From: Rebecca billardiae RCC1528 | Lineage: Eukaryota; Protista; Haptophyta | Reading direction: 5' to 3' | Assembly (NCBI GenBank): GCA_965240325.2 | Contig: OZ251224.1 | Location: 744,001 to 808,000 of the forward strand | DNA: 64,000 bases | In this document: piece after piece, positions 1-11,809 of the stretch | Layout of the letters: the number at the start of each line of letters is the position of its first letter | Numbering within the stretch: position 1 is the stretch's first letter | Notes under the pieces: model-generated | What the model was told of the DNA's origin: nothing | Seen by the model: the letters and a program-made list of their open reading frames with translations, nothing else | Database searches by the model: none | Position numbers and translations under genes: made by a program

Positions 1-1
1 G

Positions 2-1114
2 GAGGCCACGATCTACATCGGCGACCTCGATGGCCAAGTCGAGGAGCCCCTGCTGTGGGAGATCATGGTTCAAGTCGGACCAGTCGTGAGTGTGCACATT
101 CCCAAGGACAAGCTCACGGCGCAGAGCATGGGGTTCGGCTTCGTCGAGTTCAAGTCTGAGGTTGACGCCGAGTATGCGGTGAAGGTGATGAACATGATCA
201 AGCTCTTCGGCAAGCCCATTCGCGTCAACAAGTCGGCGCGGGACCGCGACGCGCTTGACGCCGGCGCCAACCTCTTCATCGGCAACCTCGATCCGGAGGT
301 GGACGAGAAGCTGCTGTACGACACATTCTCCGCGTTCGGGACGATCATGACCACGCCAAAGGTCATGCGCGACCAGGAGACGGGCACCTCGCGCGGCTTT
401 GGCTTCGTGAACTTCGACTCGTTCGAGGCGTCCGATGCGGCGATCGAGGCGATGAGCGGCCAGTTCCTGTGCAACAAGCCCATCACTGTGTGCTACGCAC
501 TCAAGAAGGACTCGAAGACGGAGCGCCACGGCAGTGCTGCAGAGCGCCTGCTCGCGGCGAAGCGCCCGGCCGCTACGGCGGGGTTCAGCCTCCGACCTAA
601 CCAGTACTTCGCCGCGTCCGCCGGCACCAACCCACTCGCGGATGGCCAGGCGTCAGCTGCGGCGCCACCTCCACCACCGCCGCCGGGCATGCCCCCGCCC
701 GGGATGCTTCCGCCGGGGATGCCGCCGCCGCCAGGGATGCCGCCGCCGCCGGGGATGCCTCCGCCGCCGGGCATGCCGCCTCCGCCGGGGATGCCCCCGC
801 CGCCAGGGATGCCGCCGCCGCCCGGCATGCCGCCACCGCCCGGCATGGCGATGCGGCCGCCCGGCATGCCGCCGCCGCCGGGGATGCCACCGCCGCCGGG
901 CATGCCGCCACCGCCGGGGATGCCGCCACCTCGTGGCATGCCGCCGCCGCCAGGGATGCCGCCGCCGCCAGGCATGCAGCCAGGCATGCCGCCAGGCATG
1001 CCGCCACCGCCAGGGATGCCGCCACCGCCCGGGATGCCGCCACCGCCCGGGATGCCGCCACCGCCTGGGATGCCTCCGCCGCCGGGCATGCCCCCTCCGC
1101 CTCCAATGCGTTGA
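2..1114 (+). CDS. SF3B4: Splicing factor 3B subunit 4 (SAP49), 5'-truncated by the window edge
   Basis: Frame is open from base 2 ([18 protein letters not shown]). Two RRMs ([48 protein letters not shown]), then [19 protein letters not shown] and a Pro/Gly/Met tail. Confidence 0.96.
   Translation, partial: EATIYIGDLDGQVEEPLLWEIMVQVGPVVSVHIPKDKLTAQSMGFGFVEFKSEVDAEYAVKVMNMIKLFGKPIRVNKSARDRDALDAGANLFIGNLDPEVDEKLLYDTFSAFGTIMTTPKVMRDQETGTSRGFGFVNFDSFEASDAAIEAMSGQFLCNKPITVCYALKKDSKTERHGSAAERLLAAKRPAATAGFSLRPNQYFAASAGTNPLADGQASAAAPPPPPPPGMPPPGMLPPGMPPPPGMPPPPGMPPPPGMPPPPGMPPPPGMPPPPGMPPPPGMAMRPPGMPPPPGMPPPPGMPPPPGMPPPRGMPPPPGMPPPPGMQPGMPPGMPPPPGMPPPPGMPPPPGMPPPPGMPPPPGMPPPPPMR
665..1105 (+). repeat. 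Coding 18-bp tandem repeat (PPPPGM)n in the SF3B4 tail
   Basis: About 20 degenerate CCGCCGCCGCCGGGNATG units. Confidence 0.9.
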
Positions 1115-1354
1115 CAGTTGACAACTTTGTCAATGACATGATTCTTGTCGTCGGGAAGGGCGCGCACCCGACGAAAGAAGTAATGGTAGCCGGGGACCGG
1201 CCTGCCCAGGAGCCCCTCCGTAGTGTCAATGTAGAGTAAGTACAGTATTGATGTATCCTCATGCTGTAGCAGTAGTTAGTAGAGTAGACCAGGAATCCCG
1301 CCAGAAATGAGAAATCTATTAGACGATGAAATCGACAAATCGTCTCCTGACAGC

Positions 1355-2170
1355 ATGGCAGCTGCGCGGCATAACCGGCATGCCGCAATCATCGTCCTTC
1401 TCATCATCGGCGCCATACCGGCTCAAGGCAGCGCCACGCGTCAGCCATTTGCCACTGTGAGGCGTAGCACGCCGCTTGTATCACGCCGCGTTGCAGTCGT
1501 CACCGGGGCCGCTGCCATATTGTCGGCACCAAATGCCCTCCTCGCTGCAGACGAGGAGGATGTCGACCTTCGGCCGACGGCTGTCTGCTTCCTCGACTTC
1601 GAGATCGACGCCGCTCCCGCAGGGAGAGTGACCATTGAGCTCTACGGAAATGCCGTGCCTCGTACTGTCGCAAACTTCAAGGACCTTGCCGTTGGTAAGC
1701 CTGGCTTTGGGTACAAGGTGAGCTCTTGCACCACGCCCTCCTTGCGGGCCCGACCTACTTGCACTCACACTGCGATCCCCATCACTGCTGCCACGCCGTG
1801 TGCGCAGGGCACGAGCGTGTATCGCGTCGTCAACGGGCTAACCATCCAAGCTGGCGACATCGTGCGCGATGACGGCACGAGTGGGCGCTCCATCTATGGT
1901 GAAAGCTTCGAGCGCGAGAGCTTCCGCGTACCACATTCTGGCGAGGGCTTCGTCTCCATGGTCAACTCGCCGGCCGGCACCGTGGACTCGCGCTTCTTGA
2001 TCGACACTCGGGCTGACGGCTCGCAGTACCTCGATGGCAAGTACGTGGGATTCGGTCGCGTCAAGGATGGCATGGAAATCGTGCATAAGATCGAGGCGTT
2101 GCCCACAACTGGCACGAAGAATGCGCCTCGTGCTCATGTCGTCATCGCCAACAGCGGCGTCCTGCCCTGA
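1355..2170 (+). CDS. Cyclophilin-type PPIase, probably targeted to the thylakoid lumen
   Basis: Cyclophilin motifs GRVTIELYGNAVPRTVANF, IQAGD, GRSIYG, YLDGKYVGFGRV. Removing an in-frame 90-nt intron (1718-1807, GTGAG..GCAG) restores GYK|GTSVYRV. N-terminus has a hydrophobic signal, a transit region and an RR-hydrophobic-ALLA Tat-like signal. Confidence 0.9.
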   Translation: MAAARHNRHAAIIVLLIIGAIPAQGSATRQPFATVRRSTPLVSRRVAVVTGAAAILSAPNALLAADEEDVDLRPTAVCFLDFEIDAAPAGRVTIELYGNAVPRTVANFKDLAVGKPGFGYKVSSCTTPSLRARPTCTHTAIPITAATPCAQGTSVYRVVNGLTIQAGDIVRDDGTSGRSIYGESFERESFRVPHSGEGFVSMVNSPAGTVDSRFLIDTRADGSQYLDGKYVGFGRVKDGMEIVHKIEALPTTGTKNAPRAHVVIANSGVLP

Positions 2171-2499
2171 ATTCTGATGCTCAGCCCGAGCCGCCACCGG
2201 GCCAAGGTCCGCGTGTCCAGTCGGACCGTCGGGCCGCCGTCCTCAGCAGTATTATAATTGACGCAGTGAATCTGACTCATCAGCTGTCACTATCAGGATT
2301 ACCGCCGGTCGGCATCAGCACTTGAGCTAGTGAGTGAGCTACAACCGTATCGATCAACGAGCTGATGCGACCAGACGAATCACGCCAACGTCGTCTCACT
2401 ATCACTTCTCAGCCTGACAATCAGGCATCCGAGATGATCACGGACACGACGCTGGGGCCCGTGGCCGTGTGTGCGGCCATGACGAAGTCAGCCGCATAG

Positions 2500-3051
2500 T
2501 CACCAGCCATCCTCGTCGTAGACGGTAAGCGTACGCCCAGCTGTGGCACGCGCAAGCGTCGCTGAGCCACCGTCTGGCATGCGCAGCGGAACCGGTGGCC
2601 AGACGCTCGGATTGTGCTCGCTCTGGAGCGCCAGCACCCTGGCATCGAACGAGGCCTCACGCTCCAGCACAGACTGACTCGCAGAACCATATGTTCGCAC
2701 GTGATCGCTAGGAGCAGGTGTAGCGCCACTGTCACGCTTGGCAGGTTGCAACGGTCGCCCTTGACCGCGCCGTGACGTGCGTGCTCGGCTTCGCTCGCGT
2801 CGAAGTTCTGATGCTGCAAACATGGCAGCCAGGGCTTCGTTCAACACGAGCTTCTCACATCCGTCGAGCGAATTGCGATGTGCACATGCACTGCTGGGCA
2901 GCACGACCTGGCTTGCCCCATCATGCCAGCCTACGTAGTCTCTGCAGGTAGAAGCCGCGTGTGGCGCGGAAGTGAATGCAGAATGCACCGGCAGCAACTG
3001 GGGGAAAGACGCACTTGCACGGGCTCTCGGGAACGGGTACGGCGGCGCCAT
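2500..3051 (-). CDS. Gemin8-like protein (SMN complex), tentative
   Basis: LVLNEALAAMFAASELRRER and RTYGSASQSVLEREASFD...NPSVWPPVPLRM resemble the two conserved Gemin8 blocks as I recall them. Head-to-head with DUS2. Confidence 0.6.
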   Translation of the reverse strand: MAPPYPFPRARASASFPQLLPVHSAFTSAPHAASTCRDYVGWHDGASQVVLPSSACAHRNSLDGCEKLVLNEALAAMFAASELRRERSRARTSRRGQGRPLQPAKRDSGATPAPSDHVRTYGSASQSVLEREASFDARVLALQSEHNPSVWPPVPLRMPDGGSATLARATAGRTLTVYDEDGW

Positions 3052-3165
3052 CGTGGTGAAGTAGTAGCGTTTGGCGGCATCATTCTAAAAGAGCTGCAAC
3101 CAGAGCGCGCGTCCACGTGCAACGGTGCAAGACCGAGAGGCTTGCCTTGCCCAAAGGCGACCGTC

Positions 3166-4500
3166 ATGGATTCGGATCCGGCTGAGCGCCTCTTCCGGGG
3201 GAAGGTGATGCTGGCGCCCATGGTGCGATGCGGCACGCTGCCGTTGCGCCTGCTGTCGCTCCACTACGGCGCAGACACCGTCTACAGCGAAGAGCTCATC
3301 GACCTGAAGGTGAGGAAGCTCCGCCGGCGCTTGAACCCAATCCTCGGCACGGTGGACTTTGTGATGCCCGGCAACGACTCTGCCGTCGTGTTCCGCACGG
3401 ACCGTGAGAAGGAGAAGGGCCGACTGGTGTTCCAGATTGGATCCGCCTGCGCCCAGACCGCCGTGGAAGCTGCGCGCGTCGTCGTCGATGACGTGGACGG
3501 CATCGACCTGAACATGGGCTGTCCAAAGAAGTTCTCTGTGCAGGGAGGCATGGGTGCCATGCTGCTCGAGAACGTGGATACGGCGTGCGAGATCCTGTCG
3601 GCCCTCCGCGCCGCTCTGCCCGCCCGAGTGGCTGTCTCCTGCAAAATCCGCCTCCTCGCCGAGACGGCCAAGACGGCTGAGCTCGTGCGGCGGCTGGTTG
3701 CCGCGGGTGCGCAGTCGGTAGCCATCCACCTGCGGCAGGTGACGTCGAGCACCAAGGAGCCGGCGGACTGGAAGCAGATCCGCGCGTTGGCGGAGGTGGT
3801 CGACGTGCCGATCGTCGTCAACGGCTCCGTCTTCGCCCGAGCCGACATCGCCGCGATTCGGCGCGCCGCGGGTGACTCTGCCGAGCAGCCCAGGCTGGGC
3901 GTGATGGTGGCCCGCGGCGCACTGATCAACCCGTCCCTCTTCTCGCCCCACGCCGAGTCGCTCGACGTGGTTGGGCGGCGGTACCTGCGGCTATGCGCGC
4001 TCACAGATAACGCGCACCAGAACACCAAGTTCACTCTGCAGCGCATGATGCAGGAGAACGGCTCTCAGCTCGTCGCACAGCTCGGCCCGGGCCGGACGGT
4101 CAACTTGCTGTGCAAGGCCAAGTCTCACCGCGCACTCGCTGCGCACTGGTGCATGCATGACAACGCGGGCCGGCTTCCGAGCGGCGTGGACTCTGCGCTC
4201 ACATTCGATCAGATCGCGGCGGCTTTCGAGGCGACATACACCGCCGTCCTCGCGCACGCACGAGCCGTGGCGGCCGAATCGGAGAGCGCCAACGCTGATG
4301 CGCGCGCTGCGGCCAAGGAGGAGCTCGCGCACAAGCGGCAGCGGTGCGGCACCCAGGATGTGCACGTCTATTCGGACGAGTACATCATCGACGCCCGCGG
4401 CGAGATGGGCCATGGAGTTGGCTCCGCCGTCGTTGTCGAACGCACGGCGGGCGCGACGGCGGCAGGGTCACCGCCTGGTGAGACTGGGGCAACGGTCTGA
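3166..4500 (+). CDS. DUS2: tRNA-dihydrouridine synthase, DUS2/Smm1 type
   Basis: MLAPMVRCGTLPLRLLSLHYGADTVYSEELID, LVFQIG, GIDLNMGCPKKFSVQGGMGAMLL, SCKIR, VMVARGA. Likely start ATG at 3166. Confidence 0.93.
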   Translation: MDSDPAERLFRGKVMLAPMVRCGTLPLRLLSLHYGADTVYSEELIDLKVRKLRRRLNPILGTVDFVMPGNDSAVVFRTDREKEKGRLVFQIGSACAQTAVEAARVVVDDVDGIDLNMGCPKKFSVQGGMGAMLLENVDTACEILSALRAALPARVAVSCKIRLLAETAKTAELVRRLVAAGAQSVAIHLRQVTSSTKEPADWKQIRALAEVVDVPIVVNGSVFARADIAAIRRAAGDSAEQPRLGVMVARGALINPSLFSPHAESLDVVGRRYLRLCALTDNAHQNTKFTLQRMMQENGSQLVAQLGPGRTVNLLCKAKSHRALAAHWCMHDNAGRLPSGVDSALTFDQIAAAFEATYTAVLAHARAVAAESESANADARAAAKEELAHKRQRCGTQDVHVYSDEYIIDARGEMGHGVGSAVVVERTAGATAAGSPPGETGATV

Positions 4501-4913
4501 TCGCGCGGCGGAGTGGCGGCCGGCGGGCCACGTCTCCGAGTCCAACTCTCCGAGTCCAACCTGAACCACACCAGCCAGCTGGGACCGGTCGCAGCGGCGC
4601 CAAAAATCACACCAGCAGCGCCTGATGAGGCGCTGCTCTACGACATGCCTGTGTCTTTGAATACTAGAATTTATAGTACGCGTTCTCGTTGACGCTTCGG
4701 AGACCAGACAAGCGCGCTGTAGTCGTCGATGATTGACTGCGGAGTGCGGGCGGCGCGCGGCTGCGCCGGCTGCGGCTTACGCTGCCGCCCGCCGTGCTGC
4801 GTGCCGCCACTGAAACTACGGCGGCTGCGCGATGCGGCGAGATATATGCTAAGTGCGATGACTGCTGATGACTAGCAGTGATGATGCATGTGGTGATGAC
4901 CGGACGTAAGTCG

Positions 4914-7204
4914 TTATCGGGCCACAGCTGCGCTGCCGCTGTCATCCGAGGTGTACTGGTCAGGGATGCTCTCGATGGCGCTGCATACTTTGCTGTCAGC
5001 AGCGCACAGGCTCCGGCCGAAGCGCTTGCGCAGCCCAAGCGAGCGCACGCCGAATTCGTCCTGCGGGAGCACGCGATGGCAGCGCGTGGCCGGGCGCCAT
5101 CCGAGCGTGGTGACGATGCGCGCACAAGTAGTGGCGCAAGGGCAGTCGCGAGTACGCGGGTGGTCGCGGGCGGGCGCCGGCGGGTGGCACAGGGACGCGC
5201 GTGTGCACGCACCTTGAGGTCGGGCTCGGTGAGCTCGAGCAGCGCCACGCCGTCGATGCCCTTCTGCGCAAAGCGGCGGCAGTGCTGCCGGTAGCCAAAG
5301 CTCTGCAGCCAGTCCGCCACCTCGGACTCGCTCCAGCTGCCGATCTCGGTGGGCAGGATGTTGCAGTCGGAGGAGGCCTCGCACAGCTGCACGCGGAAGG
5401 TCTTGCGGTCCTTCACGCTGCGCACGCCCAGCTCGTCCTTGAGCTCCTCCTCCGTGATCTCGATGAGCGCCGCGCCGTCGACGCGGTGCTTCCTGAAGCG
5501 CGGCGCGTGCTGGCCGAGCTCGTGCTCGGCGAGCCACTCGCCCACCTGCTCCTCGCTCCACGCGCCCACGGTGTTGGCCGGCACGGTGCACTTGGGGTGC
5601 TTGCGGCACACGGCGAGGCGCAGCCGCTTGCGCACGCCCAGCGTGCGCATGTCCAGCTCCGTGCGCAGCTCCTCCTCCGTCGTCTCGACGAGCGCGCCGC
5701 CGTCCATGTCGTGCCGCTCGAACGCGCGCACGTACTCGCCAAAGCCTTCCGCCCTCAGCCACTCGCCCAGCCGCTGTGCGCTCCACTCGCGGATGGGAGG
5801 CTCGGCCGGGGCGGGCTTGGCAGCCGCGCCGCGCTTCTTCGCGCCCTTCTTCCCGTTGCCCCTCTTCGCCGGCGGCGCGGGTGACGATGCCGGCGGCACC
5901 GGCGGCGTCGGCGGTCGTGCGAGGGTGCTGAAGAGGCTGTCGTCCTCGTCGTCGTCGCTGCTTGCGCCTGGGGGCGCGCGCTGCGGCGCCGGGGCACCCG
6001 CGCGGCCGCCCGCCGCGGCTCCGGCGGAGGCAGCGCCCGCGTCGCCCACCGACGCCCCGGCCGACTTTCCTGCCGACGCCCCGGCGGCCGCGCTGCCCTC
6101 GGCGGCCGCGCCTGCGCTTTGCGCGTCGCCGCCTGCGGCCGCTGCCGCGCGCGCTGCCTCCATCTTCTCCCTGTACGCCTTCAGCCGCTCGCGGAGCTCC
6201 TCCGCCTGACGCTCGGCCTCGATCTCCTTGTCCAAGGCCTCCTGCCGCTCGTACCACGGCGACATGTTGCGCGGCCGGCCGCTGCCCGGCGCCAGCAGCC
6301 CTCCCTCCCACACGCCGCGCCGCGCCTTGCGCAGCGTGAACGAGACGCGCCCAACCGCTGAAAACGACCATGCGGACGCCTGCGCACGAGCGGGTGGTTG
6401 CGACGGGGTGACGGCGGGCAGTCAGCGGCCGCTCGCCCACGCGCGTGCGCGCACGCGCGCGCGCGCACACCTCTGGGTCGAGCAGGTCGGCAAACGTGAG
6501 GTGGAGCCGAATGCGCTTGGGCTTGTCGCGCCCGACCGCGGTGAAGCTGAGCGCGGTGGACGTGATCGTCGCGTTCTCGTCGATCACGTTCAGCACCTGG
6601 CGCACGCGAGAGGCCGCATGGGTTGGGGGAGGGTGGCGGCCGAGTGTGAGCACGGGCATGTGGGTGCGTGCGTGCTGGACGGGCGCGCGCACGCGCATGA
6701 GCTGGCATGGCGCGCGTGGTGCCAGGCAGGTGCGGCGCGCACAGTCGTGGGACCATCCATTCTGCTGCTAAACTTGACGTTGAGGTAGATGTTGTCCATG
6801 TCCTGCGCCCACTGAAACGCAGGCGACAGCGTCGTGTCCTCTGCCGTGTTCACGCGCAGCAGCATCAGCGCAGACGCCGCGTCGTCGCGCACGCTCGTGA
6901 TGAAGCGGCGGGCGGGCTCAAGGTCCGTCTGCGGGCTCTGCTCGCGCACCAGCCTGAGAAGCTCCTTCGTCGCCCGCCACCAGTTGCGCTCCGCGAGGTA
7001 CACAATGTCACCGACCGCCCCGGCAGCGCTCAGGTCCTCATCCCAGCCAGCGCCCAGCACACGCAGGGCGTCGGGCTCGCTCGCGCACTGCTGGAGCACC
7101 TGCGGCGCATACGACACGTCGGACGGCTGCGCCAAGGCGACCTGCACGTACGCGCCCCACAGCAGCGCCACGATGCCTAATCGTCGTCGCGCCAACGACA
7201 CCAT
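4914..7204 (-). CDS. Signal peptide + CS (p23-like) domain + coiled coil + three SAM domains
   Basis: Four exons; GT..AG introns at 6597-6742, 6380-6470 and 5061-5212 join the frames. SP is MVSLARRRLGIVALLWGAYVQVALA. CS domain: SPAFQWAQDMDNIYLNVKFS..GRVSFTLRK..W. Three SAM repeats (WS..V.EWL....Y...F....IDG.AL.E.TEE.LK.ELG). Confidence 0.85.
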
Positions 7205-7408
7205 CGCAATGACGTGCAGTGCGGACGCGTTCCACGGCACGGCAGTCCGACCGGGCTGGTCAGCAGTGGTGCAGACCTGCGCGGGAAAGACTGTGGCGAG
7301 GTGACGCCGGATTCACGGCCGGCAAAGACCCGGACCCCACCTTGCTCACTAAAAGCTGGGCGTGTCGGCGCATGGCTGAGACGTGACCTGCTCATACGAC
7401 TCGCAGCC

Positions 7409-8452
7409 ATGGGCAAGCTTGGGAAGGGTCCGAAGAGGCCCAAGGTCACGTCCGCGGGTAAAGAGCTGGAGCTAGAGGAGCAAATCGATGTGCGCAGGCC
7501 GTACAAGGATGTGAACAACGTGGTGCGTTGCTCACGCCCGCGTGCAGCGCCTGCCGCTCGCGCCGTCTCTGACGCCGCGCCTTTGCGTGTACGTGTTGCA
7601 GGCGGCACTCACGCAAAAATACGAGGAGATGGTGGCAGAAAATCCCGCCACCAGCTTTCGCGATACGCTATGCATCGTGTCGTCGGGCCCCGTCGAGGTG
7701 GCCGACGTCGAGGACGACCTGAAGCGCGAGCTTGCATTGTACGCGCGCGCGCGCACGCGTGCCTCACTCGATCGCCTGTGTGCTGTGTGCCATCCGTTCG
7801 GCCCTCCGCGCTTGGCGCTGACCGATGGTCTTCGCGCGCCGCGGTGCACCCCGCCGTGCGGCATCGCAGCTACGAGCACGCCCTGCAGGCCGTGCTGGAC
7901 GCGCAGGCCCGGCTGGACGAGCTGGGCGTGCCGCACCGCCGGCCGGACGACTACTTTGCCGAGATGGTCAAGACGGACGCGCACATGGTCAAGGTGAAGG
8001 GCAAGCTGATTAAGCAGCAGACGGACGCGAAGGAGGCGGAGGAGCGGCGGAAGCAGCGCGACAACAAGAAGTTCGGCAAGGCGGTGCAGGTCGCCAAGCA
8101 GCAGGAGCGTGCGCAGAAGCGCAAGGCGCACATCGAGGCCACCAAGGCGCGCAAGCGGCCGCTCGGGGCCGACCGCGACCTCGACATTGACGGCGGCGAG
8201 CGGGGAGGATCGGGACGAGGCGAGAAGCGCTCCAAACCGGGCAGCCCAGGCGCCCCACGCGCCGCAAAGGAGGCGCGCTGGGCGCACCCACGCAAGGACA
8301 AGCGCAACTCGCGAGATTCGGTGGACAGCGGCGACAGATTCAACGCGGGCAAATGGAGCGCGTCGGGAGGCACCAAGAAGGGGCCTGGCAAGAAGGGCGG
8401 CGCGGCCAAGCAGCGCCCCGGCAAGGCGCGCCGGCAGCAGCAACGCGGCTAG
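7409..8452 (+). CDS. EBP2: rRNA-processing protein Ebp2
   Basis: Introns 7523-7601 and 7739-7869 give DDLKRELAF|YEHAL. Also RRPDDYFAEMVKTDAHM, KKFGKAVQ and C-terminal RPGKARR. Confidence 0.93.
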   Translation: MGKLGKGPKRPKVTSAGKELELEEQIDVRRPYKDVNNVVRCSRPRAAPAARAVSDAAPLRVRVAGGTHAKIRGDGGRKSRHQLSRYAMHRVVGPRRGGRRRGRPEARACIVRARAHACLTRSPVCCVPSVRPSALGADRWSSRAAVHPAVRHRSYEHALQAVLDAQARLDELGVPHRRPDDYFAEMVKTDAHMVKVKGKLIKQQTDAKEAEERRKQRDNKKFGKAVQVAKQQERAQKRKAHIEATKARKRPLGADRDLDIDGGERGGSGRGEKRSKPGSPGAPRAAKEARWAHPRKDKRNSRDSVDSGDRFNAGKWSASGGTKKGPGKKGGAAKQRPGKARRQQQRG

Positions 8453-8719
8453 GCGGCTGATCAAGAGTAGGCTCTAGCGGCCGTAGGCCCGTAGCCCTTC
8501 TGACGCAGGGCGGGCGCCAGGAGCCCTGCGAAAGCGCGGTCGTGGTCGTCATTGTCACTGTCACTGAGGTGGTCCAGGTCAGGTCAGAGCCAGACAGAGG
8601 AGTGCTTCCCCGTCGTCGGGCTTTATTATTCGAGTTTCGGCACACCCGCTGCCAGCCTCCCACTGGATTCGACATTTCATCGTCAGATTATCGGCGACGA
8701 ACCGGGCGCAATTTGAGTC

Positions 8720-10016
8720 ATGGCGGCGGCCGACGCCACCGACGGCAGTTTGCTCATGCCGCCACCAGAGGACCAGCTGCCCGTCGCGAGTCGCATGCCC
8801 AGTGACCACATGCATGAGATCGGGGACGAGCCACCCACGATCGCACCCCAGCCGAGTGGCGGCATCACCCTCGAGCTGCCTCCGCAGCAGGCCACAGAGC
8901 CCGAGCGCGCAGAGGCTCCTGTATGCGCACCCCCACCGGTGCGGTCAGCAGAGACGCCAACACAGGTGCATCCCTTGACCAGGCAGCTATCGATGACGAC
9001 TGTCATGGACGCCGTGCGCGAGCTCGTGCGGCACGACTCGGTGCGCGCGCAGCTCTCGGATCTCTTCCACATGTCGAGCAGCCCCTCGAGCAGCCGGCGG
9101 CCGTCCGACCCGGCGGCAAAGCGCGAGCCCGTGCGCGCGAAGCGGCCGCTATGGCTCACGGTCGTGTTCATTGTGCTCATCGCGATCGCGAGCTCATTCA
9201 CCACGTGGTCGCTGGCCCAGCTCGTCGAGTTTGACCTCGACAGCGCCCCAGCCGAGGTGGCGTTGGCCGGCACCGCCAAGCCGCTGAATCGGCCGCTCCC
9301 CCGCATCCCCAAGCTGCGCCGCAAGCGGAAGCCGATGAAGCAGGAGGTGCGCAAATGGGTGCCGCTGGCGTACGCGGTTGGTGGCTCGCTAGTGGCTACG
9401 CTCGTGAGCCGGGCGGTGCCGAAGCCGCTGAAGCGCGTTGCCTCGACGGCCGGGACCATGGTGAGCGCGGAGATTGTCCCGCTGCCGCTGCCCAAGCATC
9501 CCGTGCGCCGCGTGCTGGTCAGAATCGTGAACGCGGTCCGCCCGCACATGCCGCACGGCACGGTGGAGTACCTACTCGTCGCGTTCAATATGCTCGTCTT
9601 CGTCGGAGTCACGCGACTTTTGGCTTTCCTTCGCTCCGACGACTTCAGAACGGTCCGTCGCCCCGCGCGGTGCACAGGATGCTCAGCATCCGCAGCGTGG
9701 CGACGCCGCACGCATCCTGCGCGCGGACTCATCTCCCCTCCCCTCTCCCCCGCAACGCGACGGCCGGTCGCAGGCTCTCGACACTGTGACGCTGATCCTC
9801 GATCGCACCAAAGTGCTCAGGGAATTCCCGCAGCTGCGCGCCAAGTTGTTGCACGGTCTGCGCCTCCGCGGGCGCGTGCCACTCCCACCGCCACCGCGTT
9901 GGTGGCATCCAAAAGCACAGCTGATCGCAGCAAAGAAGGCGACACGTCTTGGTGCGCAAGGCGCTCGAGATGTGCTGAGGGCTACAGCTCGAGCGTGGTC
10001 GCCGTTTCCGTTCTGA
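8720..10016 (+). CDS. Hypothetical membrane protein
   Basis: Long coding-like ORF with 2-3 hydrophobic segments. A probable intron at 9653-9773 joins it to ALDTVTLILDR...SPFPF*. No family recognised. Confidence 0.6.
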
Positions 10017-10374
10017 CGACGTGGCATGAGATGCCGAGGATGAGTCGCCGAGGATCCTCCCCCCGCTCGCCGCGCTGCCCGCCACAGGCGGCAGCCCTGC
10101 CTGTCACCCGTACATACGAGTTCCAGAGTTACTCCTGCTGTTATCACTATCAGTCTTATATAGGCCCGCGGCGCGCGGCGCTGGCATCATCGGGTACGAC
10201 CGAGTACGACAGTCTTACGTGGGGCGAGTACGGCGAGTCATTCGGACTCGAACTCTGATCACGCCGGGCAGCCGGACCATGGCCATGCGTCCATGCGGAT
10301 GCCGCTATAAGCCGTCGTCCGCGCTGTACGGCTGCTCGGAATATGCGCGCGCACTAATTATTATATATAATAAT

Positions 10375-11657
10375 GACCGCGTTCCGCGGTCCTTTTCTGC
10401 ATAGAATCAACGCAGTTGGGGGCCCGCGGTGGCCGTGCAATCGCGGCTCTCCGCCGTAGTGGCAGTTCGCCAGTTGAAGTCGGTTCTGAGATGACTGAAG
10501 CTATATTAGTCCGACCGTCGCCCTGCCTGCGCGACCGCGAGACTCATTCACACTTCACACAATCACAGCAGCGGACCTGAGACCGCACCCGGCACCGGTC
10601 GTCAAATCGGACGTCCGTCTGACAACTAGCTGCCAAATGTCCAACTGGCTGATCAGCTCGGATCCGACCCGTCCGCGATCGTGCCATCGGCATCGGAATT
10701 ACTACTAGTAGCTGCCAAACTGTGTCCAACTCTGGCTGATCAGCTCGGATCCGACCCGTCCGCGATCGTGCCGAGTGAGTCGTGCCGCGGAGCTCGGAGT
10801 ACTGAAGGAGTCGGGTGTGACAGCAGGGTGCTTTAGCGCTGCGGCCCGTGCCAGCCAACGACCAGACGTACTCTGGCCACTTGACCCGTTGCACGGGTGA
10901 GTGACCGTACGCCCTGCCTAGTGCCTACCGCGCGCGCCGCGCGACCGGCGACTCGGGGTGATGGAGAGCGGATGGCGACAGCAGCAGCAGTCCTCATGAA
11001 GACGATGAAACTGGCGGCACGGGTGCACGAGGTGGCAGGCGAAAGCGCGCCGACGAGACCGCATTTGACACACCTGAGCCGCACGCGCGTGCCGTCGCCG
11101 AGCTGCGAGCGCTGCAAACGCGCAACCGTACCGCGCGCGCCACGACGGCGCGGCACTAGCTGATGCAGGCCGTACTGCCGGCACTGCTTCTGCGATCATG
11201 CGCCACGGTCGCAGCTGACTGCGTGAGCAGCAAGCGGGAGGCGGGTCCGGAGGCACGTGCAGGCGCCGTCCCGCATATCCGCCATCGCCCATCGTGCCGG
11301 GGCACGTCACCTCCGACGATCCGGATGTGGCCCAGTCCGGACGTCACGCGATCCGGGAAGACGAGTACGATTCGCTCGTAACGAACCGTTACACTAATGT
11401 CACGTCCAGCTGACGTCCAGATCGCACTTTACTTAAGGGAATCAGCTGGGCGCGGTTTTTTTTGGCCTGATAGACCTCTCAGTGCGATCTCAAAAACTCG
11501 AAACTCGGTCTCCGCCAGCCCTAAAAATCGCCCCCCGTCCCTTTTTTTCCGCCGCCCCCCGTCCCTTTTTTCTTGACGATCAAAGATCTTTTTGAAACGT
11601 GGTTCGGGCCCGCTGGTGCGGGCTCCACGCTGCGCGCTCCGCCCTGCACCGCGGGCC
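10375..11657 (+). mobile_element. Non-autonomous DNA transposon with AT TSD (ISL2EU/PHIS-like), copy 1
   Basis: AT|GACCGCGTTCCGCGG...CACCGCGGGCC|AT. Similar along its whole length to 37285-38620 and shares both ends with 44176-46434. Confidence 0.8.
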
Positions 11658-11804
11658 ATCAGGCGCATCTGGGTCAACCAGGTCCCCTGTGAGTCAGCTG
11701 CGCCGCCCATCTCACAAATGGGCCTCAACCGAGCGCGCTGACGCCCTGGCCGCCTAGAGGGCGGGCCCGGGTCAGAGCCCCACGTTGTGGGTTGTGTGGC
11801 AGCC

Positions 11805-11809
<5 letters not shown>

